From assembly GCA_041242255.1 (NCBI GenBank), contig JBESAV010000001.1:896001-960000 (forward strand): a stretch of 64,000 nucleotides of DNA, read 5' to 3'. A program made the position numbers and the translations under genes. The DNA comes from Candidatus Altimarinota bacterium. GTDB lineage: Bacteria; Patescibacteriota; Gracilibacteria; UBA1369; GCA-2718715. Positions 30,781 to 40,840 of this stretch are shown piece after piece; the first letter of the stretch is position 1; each line of letters starts with the position of its first letter. The notes below the pieces were generated by a model. It did not search any database and was not told the DNA's origin. It saw only the letters and a list, made by a program, of their open reading frames with translations.

Positions 30781-32577
30781 TTAATCTTTTTGAACACTTC
30801 TAAATTCTCCTGAATGTCTTGGCAAAGTTTTTTGATCAGAAGAATTTCTATCAAAAGGATTCTTACCTTTATCTAAACTCCCAACCAATGCATCAATATC
30901 ATCTTCATCCATTTCACCATCAAACAACATTCCAGCATCAGTACTTTCTTCTAAACCTTGCGGAAATTCTTCAATAGATTCACTCAAACTATCAAGTGAA
31001 ACAATACTAGAACCAGCTAACCTCCAATCAAATCCATCACCACTCGTCCTAAACAAATCTCCTTTAAAGCTTCCATCACTTGAAACATCATAAGGGATCA
31101 AATCATCAGCCTTACTAGCAAAAGCTTTGGTTATCTCTCTAGTTCTTGCCAAACCTCCAATAATCTCGTGGTTTATTCTCAAAGCTTCATCAGCTTTTTC
31201 TTCTACTCTATCCACTCTATTATCAACTTCATCAATTCTTAAAGTATTACCTTTTACAGCTTCTTCAAGGTCAGCAATACGCCTCCTAGCTTCTTCCAAT
31301 TCATTTTCTAACTGCTCTTTTTCTTCAGCTGCAAGTAATGCTTCAAAATCTAAACTTCCAGCCATTGTTTCTCTTAAATGATCAGTCTCATTAGTCATAG
31401 CATAAGCCACATCTTCCTCTTCCGACTCAGAAACTTCAGAAACATATTCCTCCAATGTCATAATCTTAGGCCCATTACTAGACTCAGTATCTTCTTCTAA
31501 ATCAACCCCAACTCCCTCTAAAGCTGTAACATCTACAAATGGCAAAGTACGTTCATCATTATTAAACCCCTCAAACAAACCATCATTATTTTGAAATTCC
31601 ATCTCAACTGGCTCCAAAAACTCAGGCTCAATTTCAAGTATATTATTTTCATTATTAACTGCAGCTGCATACTTAACCGCATCTCTACAGATCCTCATGT
31701 TTTCAGCAGAATCATAACCAAATCCAACTACATGCTCCACAATAGAAGTTAGAGGTTCTAAATTTAAAGCACCTTGATTATAAAGATTTTCAAGCTTTTG
31801 GTTTATCAATTTAACAAACTCATCGATTTCACTTGCAGGAACTCTTCTTTCTAAAACTCTGAGTAAATTATCCGATGACTCAACATTATTTTCATAAGCA
31901 ACAGTTAGTTGTTTAGTATCAATCCCATGCCTAAGCATAAGCAAAGATTGAACACCAGACTGCTCACTTGGTCGAACTTGATAAAGCCTATTCAACTTTG
32001 ACTCAACAGCAGGAAAAGCCTCCACTGAATCAGTTCCAGTTCTTCGTACAGGAGTTTTTGGTTTGTTTTCATTTCTTCTCATAAATTCAGACCATATTGA
32101 ACTTGAAGCTCTTCTAGCTCTTCGAGGAGCTGATCTATCAACTCTTCTAGTTCCGACTACAGTACCAGATTTAGCATCATAACTATCTTTATCAGCACTA
32201 CTATATAAACCTTCTTGTGTAGTATAATAAACAGCATCATCCGCTTCACTTATTACTGTTGTCCCGGCATTACCACTCAATGCTGCTTGTTGAGCAATCT
32301 CTCTTAATTCATTTAATCTAGAGGCACGCTCTTTCTTTTTTTCTATCTTCTCAAAGTATTCATTTCTAATAGCGATATTTTCATCACTCAAATCAGCTAA
32401 TACACTATCTACTTTTTTACTAAAAGCACCTCTAAGACTATTCACTAAACTAGAAGCTTTCTCAGAAACTCTCTCAAATAGACCTTTCTTCTCCTCTACG
32501 GTATCTACACTCCCTTGAAGGTTCTCTTGTTCATTATCAACTGAACCAAGTCCTAACAAATTTTTAAATAATCCCAT
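30781..32577 (-). CDS. Acidic hypothetical protein with coiled-coil segments
   Basis: 598-aa ORF; heptad stretch LENELEEARRRIADLEEAV...VDNRVDRVEEKADEA. Confidence 0.75.
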   Translation of the reverse strand: MGLFKNLLGLGSVDNEQENLQGSVDTVEEKKGLFERVSEKASSLVNSLRGAFSKKVDSVLADLSDENIAIRNEYFEKIEKKKERASRLNELREIAQQAALSGNAGTTVISEADDAVYYTTQEGLYSSADKDSYDAKSGTVVGTRRVDRSAPRRARRASSSIWSEFMRRNENKPKTPVRRTGTDSVEAFPAVESKLNRLYQVRPSEQSGVQSLLMLRHGIDTKQLTVAYENNVESSDNLLRVLERRVPASEIDEFVKLINQKLENLYNQGALNLEPLTSIVEHVVGFGYDSAENMRICRDAVKYAAAVNNENNILEIEPEFLEPVEMEFQNNDGLFEGFNNDERTLPFVDVTALEGVGVDLEEDTESSNGPKIMTLEEYVSEVSESEEEDVAYAMTNETDHLRETMAGSLDFEALLAAEEKEQLENELEEARRRIADLEEAVKGNTLRIDEVDNRVDRVEEKADEALRINHEIIGGLARTREITKAFASKADDLIPYDVSSDGSFKGDLFRTSGDGFDWRLAGSSIVSLDSLSESIEEFPQGLEESTDAGMLFDGEMDEDDIDALVGSLDKGKNPFDRNSSDQKTLPRHSGEFRSVQKD

Positions 32578-32602
32578 GTTTGTAAGGTTATTGTTGTTCT
32601 AG

Positions 32603-32630
32603 ATTCTACCATTGATGAGTAAATTGTCAA
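32603..32630 (-). promoter_or_regulatory. Sigma70-type promoter with extended -10
   Basis: Minus strand TTGACA-N16-TAGAAT, with TGG just before the -10. Confidence 0.6.
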
Positions 32631-32704
32631 CACGAATACCACTATAAAACCCACAGACATCAATTCTATACTATAATGCGACTGAAATTAGTTAACTTTG
32701 GCCT

Positions 32705-33433
32705 ATGGATAATACAAATCCTAATTCTTCTGTAGAAAATACAACTACAAAGAATCAAAGCACTGAACCTTCCAGTTCACCAATAAAAACTGAAGGTATC
32801 AACACAAAAGATATCGATACTGACTCAATCATGAGTTTTATTAAAGAAATCTTTTCAAAATCAATTAAGACATTCCAAGATAGCAAAACTATGACACCTC
32901 TTTTATTAGCGGGGTTAGTTAGCTGGATAATTGTTTTAATACCAATGCTAGGATTCTTTAGCTTGAGTCTGATCACATTGCTTTTAACTGCCTCAGCAAT
33001 CGCAAGCATAATTTTTTCATTCTCAGTAGCAAACATTGCTCTTAAATCAGCTAAAGGAGAAGTTGCAAAAATGGAAGATGCAACTAAACCTCTTTCAAGA
33101 ATAGTAGATTACATCATTACTTATATTCAAATCCTAATTCAATTTATAATCAGATTATTCCAACCACCTTTTATTATCCCAGGTTTCAAATACCTAATAG
33201 GATCTGCTCTTTTCCTTATGGAAAACCTAGATAATGACACTCCAAACGACAAAGCAGTTAAAAAGAGTTTGGAACTGACAAAAGGAAACGTACTAAACAT
33301 TTTCTGTCTTGGAATTGCAATAGCTTTACTTTCAATCGTTCTTGGACTTATACCATTTGCAATTGGAACAATCTTTACAACACCATTCGGAGCCCTATGT
33401 CTAGCTCACGTTTACTTAAAATTAAAAAAATAA
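32705..33433 (+). CDS. Integral membrane protein (DUF975-like), paralog 1
   Basis: Multiple TMs; AVKKSLELTKGN...AHVYLKL. Confidence 0.75.
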   Translation: MDNTNPNSSVENTTTKNQSTEPSSSPIKTEGINTKDIDTDSIMSFIKEIFSKSIKTFQDSKTMTPLLLAGLVSWIIVLIPMLGFFSLSLITLLLTASAIASIIFSFSVANIALKSAKGEVAKMEDATKPLSRIVDYIITYIQILIQFIIRLFQPPFIIPGFKYLIGSALFLMENLDNDTPNDKAVKKSLELTKGNVLNIFCLGIAIALLSIVLGLIPFAIGTIFTTPFGALCLAHVYLKLKK

Positions 33434-33451
33434 ACATTTAACAATATAAAA

Positions 33452-34360
33452 ATGCACACTTTCAATTTTAGTGAAGCAATCTCTGGAGGACTTAAAGCCT
33501 TTGGTAAAAAAGCTCTTCCACTTATACTTATCACCTTAGTAGGAGGAATCCTTTCAGTAGGAGTACAATTCCTATTCATGGGAGGTTCAATGATGCAATC
33601 ATCAATGCAGGGATCTGAAAGCAGATATGCTAATGAAGTAGAATCAAGCTTCGGAAACCTAATGAACGTTATCGAAAACGCTGAGAATTATGACAACGAA
33701 GAAGAAATGTCTAGAGACATAGCAGAATCATTTGGAATGAACTACGACGATGTAATGGAAATTACAGAAGATGGTGAAGTTTCAAACATGGAAGCTTTAA
33801 GCGTTTACAATAGCTCTACCATGAATCCTTTCGGAGAAGTTAGCTTTGGTAAACTCGCTCTAGGATTCTTACTATCAGTAATTATTGGTGCAATATTCGG
33901 AATCGCTCTAGCAACAGCTGCTCTTGATGCAGTATTCGACAGAAAATTTGCAGTAGAAAACATTACTAAAAACTTCTCAAGGCTTCCTAGTCTAATACTA
34001 TTTGCAATCCTTATGGGACTACTTTCACTGATTAACATTATCCCATTACTTGGATTTATCATTTACATGGTAGTTTACTATATGGTTATACAAGCACCAT
34101 TTGTAATCCTTGAAGAAAAAAAAGGTGCAATTGATGCAATCAAAAGATCAAACGAACTTATGAAAGGAAACAAACTTAGAATGTTTGGACTAACAATCGT
34201 TATAGCTATCGTTGGTGCTATTTTATCAGTGGTTACTCTAGGTATCGGTATGCTAGTTGTAGCTCCTGCCGTTGCTTGTATTATGGCACACATCTACAAA
34301 CAACTTACTCAAGGACCAGTTGCAACTGCTGCTAAAAAAGTAAAAGAAGCCGTTAGCTAA
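33452..34360 (+). CDS. Integral membrane protein (DUF975-like), paralog 2
   Basis: Multiple TMs; AIKRSNELMKGN...AHIYKQL. Confidence 0.78.
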   Translation: MHTFNFSEAISGGLKAFGKKALPLILITLVGGILSVGVQFLFMGGSMMQSSMQGSESRYANEVESSFGNLMNVIENAENYDNEEEMSRDIAESFGMNYDDVMEITEDGEVSNMEALSVYNSSTMNPFGEVSFGKLALGFLLSVIIGAIFGIALATAALDAVFDRKFAVENITKNFSRLPSLILFAILMGLLSLINIIPLLGFIIYMVVYYMVIQAPFVILEEKKGAIDAIKRSNELMKGNKLRMFGLTIVIAIVGAILSVVTLGIGMLVVAPAVACIMAHIYKQLTQGPVATAAKKVKEAVS

Positions 34361-34380
34361 TTCTACTTATCTTGAACTCC

Positions 34381-34411
34381 AACACACCTCAATCTAGAGG
34401 TGTGTTTTTTT
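34381..34411 (+). terminator. Intrinsic terminator
   Basis: AACACACCTC-aatcta-GAGGTGTGTT followed by a T run. Confidence 0.85.
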
Positions 34412-34464
34412 ATATGACAACTTACATTTCACGACACTCACAAAATTTACAGTAAAATGTAAAT

Positions 34465-35640
34465 ATGAAAAATTTTCAAGAAATAGAAAACAGCAAAGTC
34501 ATTCTAAGAGTTGATTACAACGTTCCAGTCAAAGACGGCCAAATCACAGACTTCACTCGTATTCAAAAAAGCATACCAACTATCCAAACCCTTCTATCCA
34601 ACAACAATCAAGTAGTACTCTGCAGCCACTTAGGCAGGCCCAATCTAGATGAACCTCTAGACTCCCCGCATAATTCTAAATTATCTTTTCAAAACTACAT
34701 TTCTCAAATCCAATCAGCTTTAGATACAGAAATAAAGTTCGTAAAAAACTACCCAACCACAGACCTACAACTAGACATCCAAAACCTCCAATCAAACCAA
34801 TTAATTCTCCTAGAAAATACTAGATTCTTTCCAGAAGAAAAATCCAACGACCCCAAATTCTCAAAAAACTTAGCACAATATTTTGATTATTTTGTCTTTG
34901 ACGCATTTGGAACCGCCCACCGCAAACACGCCACAACTTACGGCCTCACCCAACATCTACCATCCTGCTTTGGACAATTAGTTGAAACCGAAATACAAGA
35001 GCTAGACCTCTCCATAAACAACCCCCAAGAACCTCTTATCCTCATCCTTGGTGGAGCCAAAATTAAAACCAAAATAGGAATAATCGAAACCTTCCTTTCA
35101 AAAGCATCTCACATCTGCATAGGTGGAGCTTTAGCCAACACATTCCTATACGCAGTTGGATACGAACTAGGACAATCCCTAGTTGAAAAAGATGAACTAG
35201 ATACAGCCATCAAACTAATAAACAAAGCCAAAAATTCCAAAGCTGAACTTATCCTGCCGATCGACCTAGTCACAAACAACGGTGAAGAAAAAAGCCTCAT
35301 GAACTTCACCAAAAACGATAACGGACTAGACATAGGCCCATTAACCAACGCTAGATTCCTAAATCTCATCAAAAAAGGAAAGACAATCATCTTCAATGGC
35401 CCAATGGGAGTCTACCAAGACAACCTCTACTCAAACGGTACAGAATCAGTCCTCAAAACAATCAGCCAACTAGACCAAATATCCATCTTAGGTGGAGGTG
35501 ACACATTGGATGCCATTAGAAAATTCGCTATTGATCCATCTACATTCACACATGTATCAACTGGAGGCGGAGCAATGCTAAAATACCTAGAAACAGAAGG
35601 GAAACTCCCTGTTCTAGAAGCTATTCAAAATCAGTCCTGA
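34465..35640 (+). CDS. pgk: Phosphoglycerate kinase
   Basis: RVDYNVP, SHLGRP, LLENTRF, DAFGTAHR, GGAK, NGPMG, GGGDT, HVSTGGGA. Confidence 0.97.
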   Translation: MKNFQEIENSKVILRVDYNVPVKDGQITDFTRIQKSIPTIQTLLSNNNQVVLCSHLGRPNLDEPLDSPHNSKLSFQNYISQIQSALDTEIKFVKNYPTTDLQLDIQNLQSNQLILLENTRFFPEEKSNDPKFSKNLAQYFDYFVFDAFGTAHRKHATTYGLTQHLPSCFGQLVETEIQELDLSINNPQEPLILILGGAKIKTKIGIIETFLSKASHICIGGALANTFLYAVGYELGQSLVEKDELDTAIKLINKAKNSKAELILPIDLVTNNGEEKSLMNFTKNDNGLDIGPLTNARFLNLIKKGKTIIFNGPMGVYQDNLYSNGTESVLKTISQLDQISILGGGDTLDAIRKFAIDPSTFTHVSTGGGAMLKYLETEGKLPVLEAIQNQS

Positions 35641-37520
35641 TTCTTCACAAACCTTCCAATCTTCTCTTCAACTTTGCTTTTATCAGTTGTATATCTATCT
35701 CGAACTGCTCTTAGAATTTTTTCAATCTCAGCTTTATTCTCATGCAGCTCAAAAGGCTCCTTACAGTATAAAGTAAATACAGGAGCAACCTCCCCATCTA
35801 CTAGAGTCTTAACCAAAGCCTTAAACTTAGGCATATCAAGTAGATTATCCACATGAACATTTCCACCCAAATATTTTGAAATCAACTCAGCATCTTTCAA
35901 ACCAAGTCTGAAACTCAAAAGCGTTCCCACATTACCAAGCAAAGCTTCTCTTGTAGTTTCTTCCAACTGACTTAAGAACTGATTTGCAACCACAAGTCCT
36001 AAACCATATTTACGAGCTTCAGACAGTAACACTTCAAAAGACGAAGTCGCAAAATTCTGAAACTCATCCACATAAAGATAAAAATCTCTACGATCTTCCA
36101 TCTCAATACTTTGTCTTCGCATAACTTGCAACTGCAAGAAAGTCAGCATCATAGCACCTAGCAAAGTAGCGTTTTCTTCTCCTAGTTGGCCTTTTGGAAG
36201 TTTAATCAAAACAACTTTACCTTTGTTCATCATCCAAAAGAAATCCACCTTAGACTTAACCTGCCCAAGAATATTCCTTATGTAAGAAACCGACATAAAC
36301 TGACCAATCTTATTCAAAATCGGAGCAACATATTCTTTCTTAGCTCTATTATCTAATTTACCGAACTCCTCATCCCAAAACTTCCTAACCACAGGATCTT
36401 TAACTTGTTTCACAATCTGTCCACGATAAGCATCTTCAACCAAAAACCTTTGAAGACTAAGCAGAGTCTGCCCCTGCACCTCAACTAAAGCCATCAAAGC
36501 ATTTCTCATTATGTACTCCATCCGTGGCCCCCAACTATGTCCATAAAGCTTTTTAAACACATCAATCACCCCTGCCACAACTAAATCTTTAGAATCATCC
36601 AATGAATTATCTAAGATATTAAAAGCAAACGGGAAAGTAGAATCAGTAGGATCAAGTATCACCAGATCATTCACACGGTTTCTTGGAAAATTCTTCAAAA
36701 TCTGCTCAACCAGATCCCCATGCGGATCAACCACACAACACCCCTTACCATCCAAAACGTCCTGCATAAACATGTTGTACATCAAAGTAGACTTCCCCAC
36801 CCCGGTTTTACCAAGAATGTACATATGCCTCATCCTATCCTTCTCAGATATCTTCATTGAGGCAACATCACCCAAATAATCAGTTCTAACATTCCCAAGT
36901 TCAAGACCTTTCTCTTTACGGTATTTCATATCATAAAACCACACCTTATCTTCAACTAAACCAAGTTCAGTTTTATCAAACATAGGCCATGGCAATGCAT
37001 TCGACTCAACCAAAACTTCCTTTTCAATCTTTTTAGCTAGTACAAATTTGAAACTAGACTTTTCAAAAGCCACATTCCAGAAACTCTTCAACCATCTCTT
37101 ATTTCTTAAACTAGACCTAAGAACTAATTTGCCTGAGAAAAATGGCTTTTTTAAACTTATCCAAGCACCTACTCGCCCAAACTTAGCCATCATATCTATC
37201 AATGTATTCCAATCACACATTTGTCCTTCCACGTGCTCACCAACCTCAATTTTCCATGAGAGAATATCAGTTGGACTGCTTTCCATTTTGTAATCCATCA
37301 AAAACAAATCATCAAAATTACTCTTAATCAACGACTCAAGCAACGACTTATTCCCAGCAGAAACACCAATAATCACATCTACCTTTCTTTTGTTATTCAG
37401 TTTCAATACATACTCAAAACTCATCCCAGCACCAAGCAGAGTCTTCCACCAATTTTTAACATCATCCGATTCAATATTATAGCCTTTCACAACACCTACT
37501 CGAAGCCAAACTTTTCCCAT
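35631..37520 (-). CDS. VirD4/TrwB/HerA-like P-loop ATPase (T4SS coupling-protein-like), short paralog
   Basis: RHMYILGKTGVGKS, DPHGDL, LYVDEFQNF, LSEARKY, ANQ. Confidence 0.88.
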   Translation of the reverse strand: MGKVWLRVGVVKGYNIESDDVKNWWKTLLGAGMSFEYVLKLNNKRKVDVIIGVSAGNKSLLESLIKSNFDDLFLMDYKMESSPTDILSWKIEVGEHVEGQMCDWNTLIDMMAKFGRVGAWISLKKPFFSGKLVLRSSLRNKRWLKSFWNVAFEKSSFKFVLAKKIEKEVLVESNALPWPMFDKTELGLVEDKVWFYDMKYRKEKGLELGNVRTDYLGDVASMKISEKDRMRHMYILGKTGVGKSTLMYNMFMQDVLDGKGCCVVDPHGDLVEQILKNFPRNRVNDLVILDPTDSTFPFAFNILDNSLDDSKDLVVAGVIDVFKKLYGHSWGPRMEYIMRNALMALVEVQGQTLLSLQRFLVEDAYRGQIVKQVKDPVVRKFWDEEFGKLDNRAKKEYVAPILNKIGQFMSVSYIRNILGQVKSKVDFFWMMNKGKVVLIKLPKGQLGEENATLLGAMMLTFLQLQVMRRQSIEMEDRRDFYLYVDEFQNFATSSFEVLLSEARKYGLGLVVANQFLSQLEETTREALLGNVGTLLSFRLGLKDAELISKYLGGNVHVDNLLDMPKFKALVKTLVDGEVAPVFTLYCKEPFELHENKAEIEKILRAVRDRYTTDKSKVEEKIGRFVKNQD

Positions 37521-37641
37521 CTACATCTATTTATTCTCTATATATTATAACACTTATTCTACTACCATTCAATTTCATAAATTAAAAATCCTTTTAAACA
37601 AGACTTCATGAAATGTAAAATCCTATTAGTTAAAACTTCAA

Positions 37642-37923
37642 ATGGAAAAATTCAATTGGGAAACTCTAAAAATTGTTACTAGACAAGGAGATATTAGTTA
37701 CATATCAACTGAACAATACAAGGATCAAAAAATTCGACTAAAAATCGCCAATCAATTCAACTCATTACAAGAATTCTACTGTTTATCCTTAATCTACGAA
37801 AATCCATCCATCTTTATATTTCTTGCCTACGATAACTTAACCGAACAGTACTGCCACCATATCATCCCAAAAGAAAGATCAATATACAAAAAACAAATCT
37901 TAAATTCAATTCACCTAAGCTAA
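37642..37923 (+). CDS. Small hypothetical protein (93 aa)
   Basis: ORF fills the gap between the ATPases; stop overlaps the next start (TAATG). Confidence 0.55.
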   Translation: MEKFNWETLKIVTRQGDISYISTEQYKDQKIRLKIANQFNSLQEFYCLSLIYENPSIFIFLAYDNLTEQYCHHIIPKERSIYKKQILNSIHLS

Positions 37924-38135
37924 TGGAATTTTCTGATATATGGACCAGCAAAGAAATCATCAAAAAAGTCCATCCCGAATTGGGTGAAATGCATGTTGCT
38001 ATAAAAATGATAAAACTTCAAATCTACACATTAACTATCGTTGCAACTAAACACATAAAAACAGACTACATAGACGTAGATTATTTCATGATAGAACTAG
38101 ACCATGTCACCCACTTAGAGTTTGAAACAAACTAA
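37923..38135 (+). CDS. Small hypothetical protein (70 aa)
   Basis: Translationally coupled to the upstream ORF. Confidence 0.5.
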   Translation: MEFSDIWTSKEIIKKVHPELGEMHVAIKMIKLQIYTLTIVATKHIKTDYIDVDYFMIELDHVTHLEFETN

Positions 38136-40657
38136 AAATCGAACCCAATTCTAAATCCAATCTCTTTCTCAACAAATTCTCTTTTACGACCATAACGCAA
38201 TTTCGCAATCTGCTTAATCTTAGCAGCCAATTCTTCATTTGCTCTAGAAGTATCATACAAGGTCTGCAATGAGAAAGGTCTTGAAGTTGTATTGTTTATA
38301 TTCAATTTCAAGTAAGCCTTGTAGTTAGCAATATTTATCACATCTTGCTCACTCAAAACAGGAGCATACTCTTTTGCAAGATACTCAGCATCCTCAGCAC
38401 CAACCTTGAAAGACATCATCGATCCCACATTACCAAACACGGCATCTTTGATGGCACTACTCGTATTTCCAAATTTAGAAACCGTCAACTGATTGATATA
38501 CTGATGGGCCATGATCAAATTCAAACGATACTTCCTTGCCTCAGACAAAATAGTCGCAAACGAATCCGTAGCAAAATTCTGAAACTCATCCACATATAGA
38601 TAGAAATCCTTCCTTTGATCTTTAGGCATATCCGCCCTACTCATAGCCGCCATCTGAATCTGCGCCACAATAATCAACCCTAAAAGCTGCGTGTTCAGAT
38701 CACCAATCTTACCTTTAGATAAATTAATCAAAAGAATCTTTTGATTATCCATTATCTCACGAACATTGAACCCAGACTTAGCCTGCCCAATAGTATTACG
38801 CATTATAGAATTCGTAATAAACGGACCAAATTTACTCGAGAAGTAAGGAATCATTTCCTGCCTTTCCCTCTCACCCGTATTCGCATATTCATGTTCCCAG
38901 AAAGACTTCACTACAGGATTTTTAATCTTCTTGATTTTAGATTTCAGGAAAGCCTCATCCGTAAATATCCTTGGCACATCAATAAGCGTCGCCCCATCTT
39001 CTGGACTTTCCATCAGAGTCAAACAAGCATTCCTAAAGTAATGCTGAATCCTCGGACCAAAAATCTCATCTCCAAACAACTTAATGAAAATCTCAGTAGC
39101 CTGTGAAGAAGCCATATCCATCTGTGTTGGATCAGTTGCCTCCAAGATATTTAGTCCAACTGGTCTTGTCTGATCAGCTGGATCAAAGAGAACTACATCT
39201 TTTGCTCTCTCTTTTGGAACATAAGTCAAAACATCTTCAATCAAATCCCCATGAGGATCAATCACACATACTCCATCTCCATTCCACACATCCTGACGAG
39301 CCATAAAAGTCAAAAACACCGATTTACCTGCACCAGATTTCCCGATTATATAGAAATGCCTCGTACGATCATCTCTCAACATATGAACTTTTGTCTTATC
39401 CCCACGGTAGATATTATCCCCAAGGTAAAGCCCCTCTTTTGGAGTATCAGGCGGAGCTGGAAGAACTTTATATTTAAGCCATTTTATCGAGGGAGTAAAA
39501 TTATAAATACTATCCGGGAAATGAATCACATTGGCCAACTCATCCGGCACAAGCAAAGACTCTTTCTCCCCAAACTTGAAAAACTTATTCACATAACTAT
39601 TCACCATCAACTTATTATTGATGAAATCCAAAGGAACAATCCTTCTCATCTGAAACCAATTCGAATTAGCCGCTTTCAAGGAGTTAAATGCAACAAAAAT
39701 ACTATTCAAAATCTGCACAGTTCGATCCTTAGTAGGAGTCGTCGCAAAAATCCTTATCACAGTATTGAAACCAACCTGAGCCGCCTTCGTACCCACACTC
39801 TTCGCCAACTCCTCGTCAGTCTGAAGCATCCTTACATACGAGTCACCTGATGAAGCTCCAGGAGCATTTGTATCAACAGGCTTCACTTTGTCAGGACCAA
39901 AAATCAATCCAACAAAGATACTATTCAAATATCCAAGAATGGGGATTTTCCTCATGAAACCACCCATTGGCTTCTTACCTTTAAACAACTGGTTACCAAA
40001 AGCATTTGCTTCATTTTGCCAACGATTCGAAGCAGGTTGAATAGACATATGAATCGAAGCAGTTTCATCCTCCTTCAGCTTTGACAAAGCATTGGTTATA
40101 ACGTTCAAAGGATCATTCTCAATCTCTTTATACATCTTGATTGGGTACCAATTTGTCTTATTTAAATAAGCAAAATACCCTCTTGTATGATAACCCTTCT
40201 TTCTCATATCTTTTGGTTCATACACATCAATCGAAGCTGATGGATAATAAGAAGTTATCTGCTTCTCCAATAAATCTTGATATTCCTTATAAGTACAAAC
40301 TCTAAACTCAATCAAAGAATTCTCACAATAAATCTCAAAATGCAAAGTATCCAATTGAAACAACCAAACTCTAATCCTATTCCCCAAATTCAACTCAGAC
40401 ACCTCGTGCAAAGACCTAAAGAATTGAGACATTATCCCAATTTTCTCCTTAAAATCCTTCTCAACTTCTTCCTGCCTATCTTTCTGAGAGTCATTTCTAG
40501 GAAGCTCAATCTTCAAGTAAACTAGATCCTTGGTAGAAGTCTTCTCCATCACATGATGCAAAACCCACCTCAACACTTTCAAAGCATAGAAGAAACCTAT
40601 CCCAAACAAAATCAGTAAAACCCATTGATTTGTAAGTATTGCTCGCAAAGTATCCAT
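38132..40657 (-). CDS. VirD4/TrwB/HerA-like P-loop ATPase with N-terminal TM, long paralog
   Basis: N-terminal TM; RHFYIIGKSGAGKS, DPHGDL, LYVDEFQNF, LSEARKY, AHQ. Confidence 0.9.
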   Translation of the reverse strand: MDTLRAILTNQWVLLILFGIGFFYALKVLRWVLHHVMEKTSTKDLVYLKIELPRNDSQKDRQEEVEKDFKEKIGIMSQFFRSLHEVSELNLGNRIRVWLFQLDTLHFEIYCENSLIEFRVCTYKEYQDLLEKQITSYYPSASIDVYEPKDMRKKGYHTRGYFAYLNKTNWYPIKMYKEIENDPLNVITNALSKLKEDETASIHMSIQPASNRWQNEANAFGNQLFKGKKPMGGFMRKIPILGYLNSIFVGLIFGPDKVKPVDTNAPGASSGDSYVRMLQTDEELAKSVGTKAAQVGFNTVIRIFATTPTKDRTVQILNSIFVAFNSLKAANSNWFQMRRIVPLDFINNKLMVNSYVNKFFKFGEKESLLVPDELANVIHFPDSIYNFTPSIKWLKYKVLPAPPDTPKEGLYLGDNIYRGDKTKVHMLRDDRTRHFYIIGKSGAGKSVFLTFMARQDVWNGDGVCVIDPHGDLIEDVLTYVPKERAKDVVLFDPADQTRPVGLNILEATDPTQMDMASSQATEIFIKLFGDEIFGPRIQHYFRNACLTLMESPEDGATLIDVPRIFTDEAFLKSKIKKIKNPVVKSFWEHEYANTGERERQEMIPYFSSKFGPFITNSIMRNTIGQAKSGFNVREIMDNQKILLINLSKGKIGDLNTQLLGLIIVAQIQMAAMSRADMPKDQRKDFYLYVDEFQNFATDSFATILSEARKYRLNLIMAHQYINQLTVSKFGNTSSAIKDAVFGNVGSMMSFKVGAEDAEYLAKEYAPVLSEQDVINIANYKAYLKLNINNTTSRPFSLQTLYDTSRANEELAAKIKQIAKLRYGRKREFVEKEIGFRIGFDF

Positions 40658-40840
40658 CAAATAATTTTATTCTCTTAATTTTAACACATTATACTGTCTT
40701 TCTCTATCTATTCACCTGATTCCCCTTTACAGGCCTGGCAGGATTACCTACAGCTATCTTTTCAAAAAAATTACTTAACTAGTCAATATTCGACAAAATA
40801 CTACACCCTTGATATATTCCTCACAAACAAACCAACTCAA

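Noticed and set aside
35631-40657. Conjugative element or ICE
   Set aside because: No integrase, relaxase, VirB4 or att repeats are seen, and composition matches the flanks
40765-40790. Possible redox-regulator operator upstream of the nitroreductase (TTACTTAACTAGTCAA)
   Set aside because: Only a weak dyad in AT-rich DNA, and no cognate regulator in the window
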